Assembly: GCA_963813155.1 (NCBI GenBank)
Contig: CAWEYG010000003.1
Location: 384,001 to 448,000 of the forward strand
Length of the DNA stretch: 64,000 nt
Direction of reading: 5' to 3'
DNA from: an uncultured Acidobacteriota bacterium
GTDB lineage: Bacteria; Acidobacteriota; Thermoanaerobaculia; UBA5066; DATFVB01
Each line of letters begins with the position of its first letter. The stretch's first letter is position 1. This document shows positions 49,646 through 59,536 of this stretch, one piece after another. The position numbers and the translations under genes were made by a program. The notes under the pieces are model-generated. The model searched no databases. It was given only the letters and a program-made list of their open reading frames with translations, and was not told where the DNA came from.

Positions 49646-49661
49646 AGCAAACCTCGTGCCG
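49646..49661 (-). promoter_or_regulatory. Putative sigma54 (-24/-12) promoter
   Basis: Minus strand reads CGGCACGAGGTTTGCT, matching YGGCACG-N4-TTGCW with exact GG-N10-GC spacing; intergenic, about 60 nt upstream of ATG 49585. Confidence 0.7.
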
Positions 49662-49678
49662 GACACGGGAGTGAGCGA

Positions 49679-50125
49679 TCACCCATGGGCGTGGACCGCG
49701 TTCAGCGCCACGGCCGCGCGAATGAGGGCCTTCAAAGCCTTCTCGTCGATCTTCTCGCCCTCGTGGAAGTCGATGGCGCGCCGGGTGTTGCCCTCGAGGC
49801 TGGAGTTGAAGAGGCCCGAAGGGTCCTTCAGCGCGGCTCCCCGGGCAAAGGTCGTCTTCACGACGCTCTTGTACGTCTCGCCCGTGCAGAGAATTCCGTC
49901 GTGGGACCACACCGGAATTCCCCACTTCCACTCCTCGACGACGTCGGGGTCGGCTTGCCGGATCAACGCCCGCAGCCGCGAGAGCATCTTGCCGCGCCAG
50001 TCGCCGAGAGAATGGATCCTTTCGTCGATCATCCGGGACGGAGACTTTCCCTTCGGAGGCCCGCTCTTCTTCACGGCGGTACTCTTCTTCCGTTCCTTCG
50101 GTTTCTTGCGGCTCGCGTCAGGCAT
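49679..50125 (-). CDS. DUF1801 (YdhG-like) protein
   Basis: LGDWRG, EEWKWG.PVWSHDGI.CTGETYK, LFNSSLEGNTRRAID. Confidence 0.85.
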   Translation of the reverse strand: MPDASRKKPKERKKSTAVKKSGPPKGKSPSRMIDERIHSLGDWRGKMLSRLRALIRQADPDVVEEWKWGIPVWSHDGILCTGETYKSVVKTTFARGAALKDPSGLFNSSLEGNTRRAIDFHEGEKIDEKALKALIRAAVALNAVHAHG

Positions 50126-50210
50126 CGCTGGCCTCCGACAAACGGGGATCTCGGCTCACCAGTGGATTCTAGCCGGAGCCGCGATCGGCTGGCTCACCTT
50201 GCCGATCCGG

Positions 50211-50573
50211 CTAATCATGGTGGAAGTAGAACCGGTTCCCGTCCAGGTCCTGGATTTCGAACTGCCTCAACCCCCAGGGCTTCTTCTCCGGCGGATCGAC
50301 GATGTTCGCACCCGACGCCTGGAGCTCGCGGTACGACTCTTCGACGTCATCGGCGTAAACCCAATGGACAGCGGGCGCGAACGGGGCGCTCGTTCTCCGA
50401 AAGAAAATCACGACGCCGCCGCGGGATACGGCTCCGATCTCCTTGCCCGGATAGAGCCAGCCGATCTCGAACCCGAGAACGTCGCGATAGTACCGCTGCG
50501 CTCGCTCGACATCCTCGACCGGCAGCTCCGGCACCGGATGGTTCATCCTGGACAAACTGGCTCTTTCGCTCAT
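50211..50573 (-). CDS. VOC / glyoxalase / bleomycin-resistance family protein
   Basis: PELPVEDVERAQRYYRDVLGF, KPWGLRQFEIQDLDGN. Confidence 0.88.
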   Translation of the reverse strand: MSERASLSRMNHPVPELPVEDVERAQRYYRDVLGFEIGWLYPGKEIGAVSRGGVVIFFRRTSAPFAPAVHWVYADDVEESYRELQASGANIVDPPEKKPWGLRQFEIQDLDGNRFYFHHD

Positions 50574-50637
50574 CGGGTTATCCTCCCAGAAGATGCAGTC
50601 ATCTTAAGGGTCGGCCCACGGACGCTACAATCCCCCC

Positions 50638-51960
50638 ATGAAACGACTCCGCCTCCCGCCGCTCCTCCTCGCCCTTATCATCGCTCCCATGTCCGACGCC
50701 GCGTCTCCCCTGTCCGCCTCCGAGCGCAAGCTCGCGGCCTTCGTCGACGCGCACAACGGTGAAGCCGAGGCGCTGCTGGAGCGCGCGGTGAACGTCAACA
50801 GCGGCACGATGAATTTCGACGGAGTCCGGGAGGTCGGCCGGATCTTTCGGGCCGAGCTCGACGCGCTGGGCCTCGCGACGCGATGGGTCGACGGCGCCGC
50901 ATTCCATCGGGCCGGGCACCTGATCGCGGAGCACGCACCAAAAAACTCAAATCCTCGAGCTCCGCGCCTCCTCCTCATCGGCCACCTGGACACGGTTTTC
51001 GAAAAGGACAGCCCGTTTCAGAAACTGGAGCGCCTCCCGGGCGGCAAAGCTCGCGGGCCCGGCGTGATCGACATGAAAGGCGGCGACGTCGTGATGATTC
51101 ATGCCCTCGAGGCGCTTCGAGCGGCCGGAGCGCTCGACCGGATGAGCGTCGCGGTGATCATGACGGGAGACGAGGAGAAGGCCGGCGACCCGCTCTCGGT
51201 CGCTCGGAAGGAACTGGTCGAGCTCGCAAAGCGTTCCGACGTCGCGATCGGGTTCGAGGACGGCTCCGGGAAATCGACGGAAGCAATCGTCGCCCGGCGC
51301 GGCTCCAGCGACTGGATCGTGCGCGCGAAGGGAACTCCCGCGCATTCCTCCCAGATCTTCCGGGAGGACGTCGGATCCGGAGCGATCTTCGAGATCGCGC
51401 GCATCCTCGATCAATTCCAGAAGACCCTCGCCGGGGAGAAATACCTCACTTTCTCTCCGGGTGTCATCGTCGGGGGTACGACAGCGACGCTCGATAAGTC
51501 GCAGAACCGCGGATCGGCGTTCGGCAAGAGCAACGTCGTCGCCGGAGAAGCCTCCGTCGAGGGCGACATCCGGACGGTCTCGCCGGAGCAGCTCGCGTCC
51601 GCGAAGGCCCGGATGCGCGAGATCGTCGGCGCTCATCTTCCGAACACCGACGCTTCGATCGAGTTCGACGACGGCTATCCCCCGATGGCGCCGGCGGACG
51701 GGAACCGGAAACTCCTCGCGCTGTACGACCACGCGAGCCGGGACCTCGGGCTCGGCGGTGTCGCCGCGACGGACCCGATGGGCGCAGGCGCGGCGGACGT
51801 CGCGTTCGCGGCGGGGAACGTGAAAATGGCGATCGACGGCGTCGGGCTGATGGGCACGGATGACCACACCGACCGAGAGACGGCCGACCTCGCGACACTC
51901 CCCTCCCAGACGAAGCGCGCCGCGATTCTTCTCTACCGGTTATCGACCGAATCGCGCTAA
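50638..51960 (+). CDS. Exported M20 metallopeptidase, carboxypeptidase G2-like
   Basis: Signal peptide; GHLDTVF, GPGVIDMKGG, DEE, FED, AHS, late His. Confidence 0.9.
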   Translation: MKRLRLPPLLLALIIAPMSDAASPLSASERKLAAFVDAHNGEAEALLERAVNVNSGTMNFDGVREVGRIFRAELDALGLATRWVDGAAFHRAGHLIAEHAPKNSNPRAPRLLLIGHLDTVFEKDSPFQKLERLPGGKARGPGVIDMKGGDVVMIHALEALRAAGALDRMSVAVIMTGDEEKAGDPLSVARKELVELAKRSDVAIGFEDGSGKSTEAIVARRGSSDWIVRAKGTPAHSSQIFREDVGSGAIFEIARILDQFQKTLAGEKYLTFSPGVIVGGTTATLDKSQNRGSAFGKSNVVAGEASVEGDIRTVSPEQLASAKARMREIVGAHLPNTDASIEFDDGYPPMAPADGNRKLLALYDHASRDLGLGGVAATDPMGAGAADVAFAAGNVKMAIDGVGLMGTDDHTDRETADLATLPSQTKRAAILLYRLSTESR

Positions 51961-51968
51961 ACTTCCGC

Positions 51969-53306
51969 ATCCAACCCAAGACCACAAAGCTCGGGCTGTT
52001 CCACGCGACGATGATCGTGATGGGCGGCATCATCGGCTCCGGGATCTTCATCAACCCCTATGTGGTCGCGAGGCAGGTGCACACGCCCGCGCTGATCCTC
52101 GGAGCCTGGGCGATCGGAGGCCTGATCGCGCTTGCCGGCGCGTTCGTCTACTCGGAGCTCGCTTCCCGGATGCCCGCCGTCGGCGGCCAGTACGCCTACC
52201 TTCGCGACGCGTACCACCCCGCCGTCGCGTTCCTCTATGGCTGGGTGCTCCTGCTCGTCATCCAGACCGGGGGAATGGCAGCCGTCGCCGTGACGTTCGC
52301 GGCGTACTTTCTGGAGCTGACGCATCTTCCAATCTCGCCCGCCGCCGTCGCCGTCGCTGTTCTCGCGGTCCTCGCGGCCGTCAACTGCCTCGGGTTGCGC
52401 GCCGGGAGCTCCGTCCAGAGCGGCCTCATGGTTCTGAAGATCGTCGCGATCGTCGCGCTCGTGTCCGGCGGTCTGTGGTTTCTCTCGACGCACGGATGGG
52501 CCAAACCGCCCTCCCCCCGTCCCGCCGGGGCTGCCGCCCCGCTCGCCCTCCTGCAGGCGATGGGAGCCGCAATGGTCCCCGTTCTGTTCGCGTTCGGGGG
52601 ATGGCAGACGGCAAATTTCGTCGCCGAGGAAATCCGCGAGCCGCGCGTCAACCTGCCGCGCGCGCTGCTGCTCGGGGTCGCCGGCGTCGTCGTGCTTTAC
52701 CTCGCGGTCAATTTCGTCTTCGTTTTCGTTCTCGGCGCCTCCGGCCTCGCGGAGTCCTCCACCCCCGCGTCCGCCGTGATGCGAAAGGCGTTCGGCGAGG
52801 CCGGTTCGCGCTGGATCGCGGTGGGCATCGCCCTCTCGGCGCTGGGGTTCCTCAGCCAGTCGATTCTCACCGCGCCGCGCGTCTACTACGCGATGGCGCG
52901 GGATGGCGTGTTCTTCCGCGCGGTCGGGTGGGTCGATCCGCGCCACGGCGTGCCGTCCGTCGCGATCCTGCTGCAGGCGGCCATGGCGTGCGTCATCGCG
53001 CTGTCCGGACGGTACGACCAGATCCTGAGCTATGTGGTGTCGATGGATTTCCTCTTCTTCGGGCTCACCGCGACGTGCCTCTTCGTGTTTCGGCGGCGCG
53101 AAACGGGCGGATCGTCTCCGCCCGGCCTCGGCAGGGTCCCCGGGCACCCGGTGACGACCGCCCTGTTCGTCGCCGTGTCGTGGATCGTCGTCGCCAACAC
53201 GATCGTCAAGTACCCGATCAACACGGCGATCGGGTTCGGCATCCTGCTCGCGGGGGTGCCGGTGTATTTCGCGTGGAGCCGGAAATCGGCCGGAGGCCGG
53301 GGGTGA
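51969..53306 (+). CDS. APC-family amino acid permease (start uncertain)
   Basis: KLGLFHATMIVMGGIIGSGIF, YSELA..P..GGQY.Y, FAFGGW, EEIREP, PRVYYAMARDG. The first ATG (52011) lies inside the first transmembrane helix. Confidence 0.9.
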   Translation: MQPKTTKLGLFHATMIVMGGIIGSGIFINPYVVARQVHTPALILGAWAIGGLIALAGAFVYSELASRMPAVGGQYAYLRDAYHPAVAFLYGWVLLLVIQTGGMAAVAVTFAAYFLELTHLPISPAAVAVAVLAVLAAVNCLGLRAGSSVQSGLMVLKIVAIVALVSGGLWFLSTHGWAKPPSPRPAGAAAPLALLQAMGAAMVPVLFAFGGWQTANFVAEEIREPRVNLPRALLLGVAGVVVLYLAVNFVFVFVLGASGLAESSTPASAVMRKAFGEAGSRWIAVGIALSALGFLSQSILTAPRVYYAMARDGVFFRAVGWVDPRHGVPSVAILLQAAMACVIALSGRYDQILSYVVSMDFLFFGLTATCLFVFRRRETGGSSPPGLGRVPGHPVTTALFVAVSWIVVANTIVKYPINTAIGFGILLAGVPVYFAWSRKSAGGRG

Positions 53307-54401
53307 GGTCGCTCCGCTCACCCTACATGGAGTGGTCGAAGCTTCGATCGCACGCGAAGTACGAGCTCTCGACGAGCGGGCTCTCGAGCTTTCCCCTCGC
53401 GAAGCTCCCCGCCCGACTGGGCGATCTCGAGATCAACGGCCCGACGATCTACGGCTACGCGCCGCTGCAGGAAGCGCTCGCGAGCGAAGTGCGGCGTCTC
53501 GACGGATTGCGTCGTCGCCTCGCAGGGAACGTCGATGGCGAATCATCTCGCGATGGCCGCCCTCTTCGAGCCGGGCGACGAAATTCTCGTCGAGCATCCG
53601 ACCTACGAGCTGCTCCTCTCGACCGCGAGCTACCTCGGCGCGGAGATTCGACGCTTCGAGAGGCGGGTCGAAAACGGTTTCCGGATCGATCCGGACGAAG
53701 TCGCGGCCGCAACGACGCCCCGCACGCGCCTGATCGTCCTGACGAACCTGAACAACCCCTCGAGCGTTCAGACCGACGAACCGGCGCTGAAAACCATCGG
53801 AGCGGCCGCCGATCGGGTTGGCGCAAACGTGCTCGTCGACGAGGTCTATCTCGACTGTGCGAAGACCCCGGCCGGGACAGCCCCTTCTTCCGCGTTTCAT
53901 CTCGGTCCGAACTTCGTCACGACGAGCAGCCTGACAAAGGTCTACGGCCTGTCCGGGATCCGGTGCGGGTGGATCCTCGCGCGGCCGGAGCTCGCGGAAA
54001 AGATGTGGCGGTTGAACGACCTGTTCGCTGCGACCCCCGCGCACCCGGCCGAGCTCCTGAGCGTCATCGCGCTCGACCATCTCGCCGAGATCGCGGCCTA
54101 TTCGGAGAAGCAGCTCGCGCGCAATCGCTCCTTGCTGAACGAGTTTCTCGACTCCGCGGGACGAGCTCGAAACGGTTCGGACGCCGGCGGGAACGACGTC
54201 GTTTCCCGAAGCTCCGCGGAGGCCGCGTCGACGAGCTGTACGAGATCCTGCGAGAGCCGCTACGAGACGAGCGTCGTGCCGGGAAGGTTCTTCGAGATGC
54301 CGGAACACTTCCGAATCGGGATCGGCGGAGAGACGGAGATGCTCGAAGAGGGGCTCGCCCGGATCGGCCGCGCCCTCGACGATTTGAAGTCGTCCGGCTA
54401 G
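53303..54401 (+). CDS. PLP-dependent class I/II aminotransferase, with apparent indels near 53487 and 54160-54255
   Basis: SPYMEWSK...LSTSG N-terminus in one frame; TNLNNPS, VDEVY, SLTKVYGLSGIRCGW, VVPGRFF..FRIG in another. Confidence 0.85.
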
Positions 54402-54610
54402 GTTCTCTTTCCCCCCGCGAGGAGGAGCCCCGCGCCGACGATGACGGCCGCGGCGCCCGCCCAGAGCGGAACGTTGACGGTCTTCTTCTCTTTGACGGAA
54501 ATTTCCATTGAGCCAATCTTGGCCGAGTGCGACTCTGACGTGTACGTGATGCCGCCGTAGACGAGCCCGAGAACGCCGAGGACGATCAGGATCAGGGCAA
54601 TCATTTTCAT
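54398..54610 (-). CDS. Small two-helix membrane protein, 70 aa
   Basis: MKMIALILIVLGVLGLVYGGITYT...KKTVNVPLWAGAAAVIVGAGLLL. Confidence 0.75.
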   Translation of the reverse strand: MKMIALILIVLGVLGLVYGGITYTSESHSAKIGSMEISVKEKKTVNVPLWAGAAAVIVGAGLLLAGGKRT

Positions 54611-54633
54611 TTCCGCACCCCCTGATTTCGAGT

Positions 54634-57199
54634 CTAGCGCAGCCCCTTGACTTCGAGGAGCGTCGAAAGGATGCGGACGAAGCTGTACGCATAGGCGCGT
54701 CCGTCCGGTGTCGGGTAGACGCGCGCGACGGCATGAACGCCGGCGGGATCGCCCGGCTCGATCGTCTTCCAGGCCCTCGACTCCCCCGTCGAGACGTTCA
54801 CGACGCGAACCGTCACCGCCGGTCCCTCGGCGCGGTTCACGTAAACGCCCGTTCCGTCCGCGGTCCACTGGGTTCCCGCGTCGCCGACCGACGTGTCTGG
54901 GAATCGCCCGCGGCGCCCCGCCGTCGACCGGGAAGAGCGTCGGCCGGGCGCCGGGGTCGAGCCCCATGACGAAGCGCCCATCCGGCGACGGCACCAGCGG
55001 AGCGAAAGGGATACCCTCGACCGAGATCGCTTTCGGCTTCCCTCCCGCGACGTCGATCATCCAGATCCGATTTCCTTTACCGGGCTCGGCTCCCCAGAAG
55101 ACGATGCGTTTCCCGTCCGGAAGGAAGTTCGGGTACACGCCGACGACCGGGGCAGATGGGGATCGCCACCGGCTGACCCGCGCCGATCGGAAGGATGTTG
55201 AGCTTCCCGAAGTCGATGTCCGCGGTCACGACCGTTTTTCCGTCCGGCGAAAACGTGGCGGCTGTGCCGTCGCCGAACCGCGTCGCCGGCGATCCGTCGG
55301 TCGGACGCACGTAGACACCGCCGGTGTCGCCCCCGCCCTCGCCGCTCTCGTCGAACGCGATGAGCTTCCCGTCGGGCGTGATCGAACGGATGAGAGCGTA
55401 GTCGAGGTTCGAGAGGTCTCGCTCGGCTTTCGCGCCAGGAGCGAGGGCAGACATCTGCGCGCGCCAGTCATCTTCCGTCAGGAGGACGCGTCCGTCGGCG
55501 GACATGTCCCAGAGCGTGAGCTCGTTCGGGCTCGCGAGGACGAGCCTTTCGTTCCCCGAGAGGTCGCATGCATAGACTTTCGTCGCCGATCCATAACGCG
55601 TACCGGTGAACCAGATCTCGCGCCCGTTCGGGCTCCACGCGAGCCCCTCGACCGAGAGCCACTTGGTCGAAACGTCGCGCTTCGTCCCTCCGTCGGCCCG
55701 GATCACCGAAACCGTTCCGCCGTCGTTGCCCCCGGGATGCTCGAGAAAGGCGATCGTCTTCCCGTCGGGAGACATTCGCACGTGGTTGATCCAGCCCCCG
55801 GTCTCGTAGATGACCTTGCCGACCGGATACTCCAGCCGACATTTTGCCGCCGACGATCTGCGCGGCCGCGAGGGCGCTGCCGTCGGGCGACCAGTCGGCC
55901 GAGACCACGCTGTCGAGCAGCTCCCGCGGGGCGCCTCCCGAGAGAGGAACGCGAGCCAGCGTGCCGGCGCTGTAAAGCGTCGTGACCGGCTGGAAGCGCA
56001 CGCGCGATCGCCATTTCCCCTGACTTCGAGACCGCGAGAAGACTCGCGTCGGGCATCGCGATCGGCGTGCTCCCGGCGACCTGCGGGCGGGTCGAGTAGA
56101 CCTTCGCCGGCTCTCCGTTCCATCCGGCGGCGAAGACAACGGTCTGGCCTTCGGGACCATAGCGAGCGCCGGAGACGGTCCCGCGCTCGAAGGTCAGGCG
56201 ATGGAAATCCGGCGTCGCGGTCCTGCCCGTCCGTGTGCCGAGCCACCAGGCGAGCGGCACCCCGAGCACAGCCAGACCGAGGAGAGCCGTCTGCAGGCGG
56301 AGGCGGGAGCGGAATTTCGAGATCGCCTTCGGCCCGGAGGCCGTCGAGACCTGGGAGAGCGACTCCAGGTCGAACGCGATGTCGGAGGCCGACTGGAAGC
56401 GACGCTCCGGATCCTTCTCCAGGCAGTGCCGGACGATCCGGTCGAGCGACGGCGGGATCGCTCGGCCCGACTCGGACAGCTCGGGAGGCTCCTCTTTGAG
56501 GATCGCCGCCATCGTGTCGCTCGCGGTTTCCCGCCGAAAGGCGGACTTCCCCGCGAGCATTTCGTAGAGAACGGCCCCGAAGGAAAAGATGTCGGTTCGA
56601 TGATCGGCGGAGATTCCCCGAACCTGTTCGGGCGACATGTAACCGGCGGTGCCCATCACGGTGCCCGGCTCCGTCTTGTGAGACACCGTCTGAATTTTCG
56701 AATCGGAGCCCGAGCCGGACTCCAGCCGCTTGGCCAGGCCGAAATCGAGGATCTTGACGCGGCCATCCCGGGTGACGAAGACGTTCTCCGGTTTCAGGTC
56801 CCGATGAACGATCCCTTTCTCGTGGGCTGCGGCGAGACCGCGCGCGATCTGAATCGCGTAGTCGGTCGATTTCCGAACGGTCAATGCCGAACCGAGCTCG
56901 TCCCGCAGCGTGCGCCCTTCGAGGAGCTCGGTGACGGCGAAAACCGCGCCGCCTTCCGTGCCGATGTCGAAGATCCCGAGGATATTCGGATGCGACAGGG
57001 CCGCGACGGCGCGCGCCTCGCGCTCGAAGCGGGCGAGCGCGTCCGCGTCCTGCGCGACGCTCTCCGGCAGGACCTTGATCGCGACTTCGCGGGAAAGCCG
57101 CGCGTCGCGGGCCCGGTACACCTCTCCCATTCCCCCCGCGCCGAGCAGGGAGACAATTTCGTAGGGACCGAGCCGCGTGCCGGGGGGAAACTGCGTCGT
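54634..57199 (-). CDS. Membrane Ser/Thr kinase with C-terminal TolB-like (PD40/WD40) propellers; about four apparent indels
   Basis: [43 protein letters not shown], a hydrophobic helix, then WSPDG, SPDGK, WSPNG, TPDGK, FLPDG and TPDG repeats across ORFs 55703..57130, 55468..56160, 55077..56246, 54398..55138 and 54634..54981. Confidence 0.85.
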
Positions 57200-57273
57200 A
57201 GTCTCCTGTCGATCGAAATCTGTCTCGAACGGCGAAAGTCTATCGTAAGCTTCGGCGAACGAGGAGGACCGAG

Positions 57274-58425
57274 ATGAAAACCGATTTGCTCTCTCGCCGC
57301 GGTTTTGCGGGAGTCTTCGGCGCCGCGATCGGCGCGACGCTGCTCGAACGAGGGCTCGCGGCGGCCGCGGAAACCGGCAGGCCCGCGGAGAAGTCCTCGG
57401 AACCCGCCGGCCCCGTTCGACTGAGCGCGAACGAGAACCCGTACGGGCCGTCGGAGAAAGCCCGCCGCGCGATCGAGCGCTCGGTCGGCATCGGGCATCG
57501 CTACCCCGACGCCCTCGCGGAGTCGCTGAAGAAGGAGATCGCGTCGCAGCACGCCGTCCGGCCCGACCAGGTCGTCCTGGGGTGCGGCTCGTCTCAGATC
57601 CTCCAGATGGCCGACTCGGCCTACCTCGGGCCCGGGCGGAAGGTCATCGCGACGGAGCCGACTTTCGAAGCGGTGCTCGCCTACGCCGCCGTGATGCACG
57701 CCGAGCCCGTGAAGGTGGCGCAGACGGCAGATTTCCGGCACGACCTCGCGAAGATGGCGTCCGTATGCGACGACCGCACGGGCCTCGTCTACGTCTGCAA
57801 CCCGAACAACCCGACGGGCACGATCGTGTCCGGCGACGAGCTGGAAGACTTCCTGGCCCGCGTGCCCCCGACCGCGACGGTCCTCGTCGACGAGGCGTAC
57901 CACCACTTCGTCGAGGACGGGCGGTACCGAACCGCGATCGGCATGCTCCCCCGGCATCCGAACCTCATCGTCGCGAGGACGTTCTCGAAGATCTACGGGC
58001 TCGCCGGGATGCGGCTCGGGTACGCGGTCGCCTCTCCGGGCGCGGCCTCGGCGCTCAACAGCTTCGCGTCGTGGGACAACGTCAACGCCGCGGTGCTTTC
58101 GGCCGCGCTCGCGAACCTCGGGGAGAGCGGCCTCGTCGCGCAGCGCCGCAAAGCCCTCAACGACACCCGCCGGTGGCTGTGCGCCGAGCTCGAGCGGGAC
58201 GGACGGCGATACATTCCCTCGCACGCGAACTTCGTCATGATCGACGTGCACGGCGACGTGGCTCCGGTCATTCGCGCGTTCCGCGACCGAAACATCGAGG
58301 TCGGCCGCAAGTTTCCCTCGATGCCGAACTGGCTTCGCATTTCGATCGGGAAACCGGAAGAGATGAAGGCGTTCGTCGCGGGGCTGCGCGCGATCGTTCC
58401 GGCGACGAAAGCCGCGGCGGCCTAG
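57274..58425 (+). CDS. HisC-like PLP aminotransferase with a Tat signal peptide
   Basis: SRRGF twin-arginine motif, hydrophobic region and AAA; [40 protein letters not shown]; GAGGAGG ribosome-binding site. Confidence 0.9.
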   Translation: MKTDLLSRRGFAGVFGAAIGATLLERGLAAAAETGRPAEKSSEPAGPVRLSANENPYGPSEKARRAIERSVGIGHRYPDALAESLKKEIASQHAVRPDQVVLGCGSSQILQMADSAYLGPGRKVIATEPTFEAVLAYAAVMHAEPVKVAQTADFRHDLAKMASVCDDRTGLVYVCNPNNPTGTIVSGDELEDFLARVPPTATVLVDEAYHHFVEDGRYRTAIGMLPRHPNLIVARTFSKIYGLAGMRLGYAVASPGAASALNSFASWDNVNAAVLSAALANLGESGLVAQRRKALNDTRRWLCAELERDGRRYIPSHANFVMIDVHGDVAPVIRAFRDRNIEVGRKFPSMPNWLRISIGKPEEMKAFVAGLRAIVPATKAAAA

Positions 58426-59468
58426 CCGAGACTCTTGGCGTCGACGACAAACCGGTACCGGACGTCGCCCCGGAGCATGCGGTCGTAGGCTTCGTCGATT
58501 TTCTGGATCGGAATCGTCTCGATGTCGGAAACGATCCCTCGCTCGGCGCAGAAGTCGAGCATCTCCTGCGTCTCCGCGAGGCCCCCGATCAGCGAGCCGG
58601 CGATCGAACGGCGTTTTCCGACGAGCGAAGAGGACGGAAGGTCGGAAGGCTTGTCGGGCGCGCCGACGACGATCATCGTTCCCTCGCGGGCCAGCAGGTC
58701 CGTGAGCCGGCCGACGTCGTGCCGGGCCGAGACGGTGTTCAGCAGAAAGTGAAATCGGCCCGCCGCGGCGGCCATGGCTTTGTCGTCGGACGTCAGGAGG
58801 AAGTCGGCCGCTCCCAGACGACGGGCGTCCTCTTTCTTTGCCGCGTTGTGGGACAGAAGCGTGACCTCTGCTCCCAGAGCGCTGCCGATCTTGACGGCCA
58901 TGTGGCCGAGGCCGCCGAGGCCGACCACGCCGAGGCGGTGGCCCTTCCCGACTTTCCAGTGGCGCAGCGGCGAATACGTCGTTATTCCGGCGCACAGCAG
59001 GGGCGCGACGGCGTCCAGCCGGTCACGCTTCCCCACTCGAAGGACGAAATTCTCGTCGACGACGACGCGCGTCGAGTAGCCGCCGTATGTCGGCGTCTTT
59101 CCGTCGTATTCGAAGCCGTTGTACGTGAGCACGGGCCCTTTCTCGCAGAACTGCTCGAGCCCCGCCTTGCACGCCTCGCAGACGCGGCAGCTGTCGACGA
59201 GGCAACCGACGCCGACGATGTCTCCCTCGCGGAACTTCGTGACGCTCTTCCCGACGCGGGACACGCTCCCGACGATCTCGTGCCCCGGGACCATCGGGTA
59301 GTTCGAGTTCGCCCACTCGTTGCGCACCTGGTGGAGGTCGGAATGGCAGACCCCGCAATAGAGGATGTCGATCACGACGTCGTGCTCCCGCGGCTCGCGC
59401 CGGGAGATCGTGAACGGTTTCAGCGGGTTTGTGTGGTCAAAGGCGGCGTAGGCTTTCGTTTCCATCAT
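58422..59468 (-). CDS. Zn-dependent NADP alcohol dehydrogenase (cinnamyl-ADH/YahK-like)
   Basis: CGVCHSD, PGHE, C-x2-C-x2-C-x7-C, PLLCAGIT, GLGGLG, DVRYRFV. Confidence 0.93.
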   Translation of the reverse strand: MMETKAYAAFDHTNPLKPFTISRREPREHDVVIDILYCGVCHSDLHQVRNEWANSNYPMVPGHEIVGSVSRVGKSVTKFREGDIVGVGCLVDSCRVCEACKAGLEQFCEKGPVLTYNGFEYDGKTPTYGGYSTRVVVDENFVLRVGKRDRLDAVAPLLCAGITTYSPLRHWKVGKGHRLGVVGLGGLGHMAVKIGSALGAEVTLLSHNAAKKEDARRLGAADFLLTSDDKAMAAAAGRFHFLLNTVSARHDVGRLTDLLAREGTMIVVGAPDKPSDLPSSSLVGKRRSIAGSLIGGLAETQEMLDFCAERGIVSDIETIPIQKIDEAYDRMLRGDVRYRFVVDAKSLG

Positions 59469-59536
59469 GAGGATGCCAACGAAACGCGGACCCCTCGTAT
59501 TCCGCGGTTGACGGCGGCCGCGCTCTAGAATGGCTC

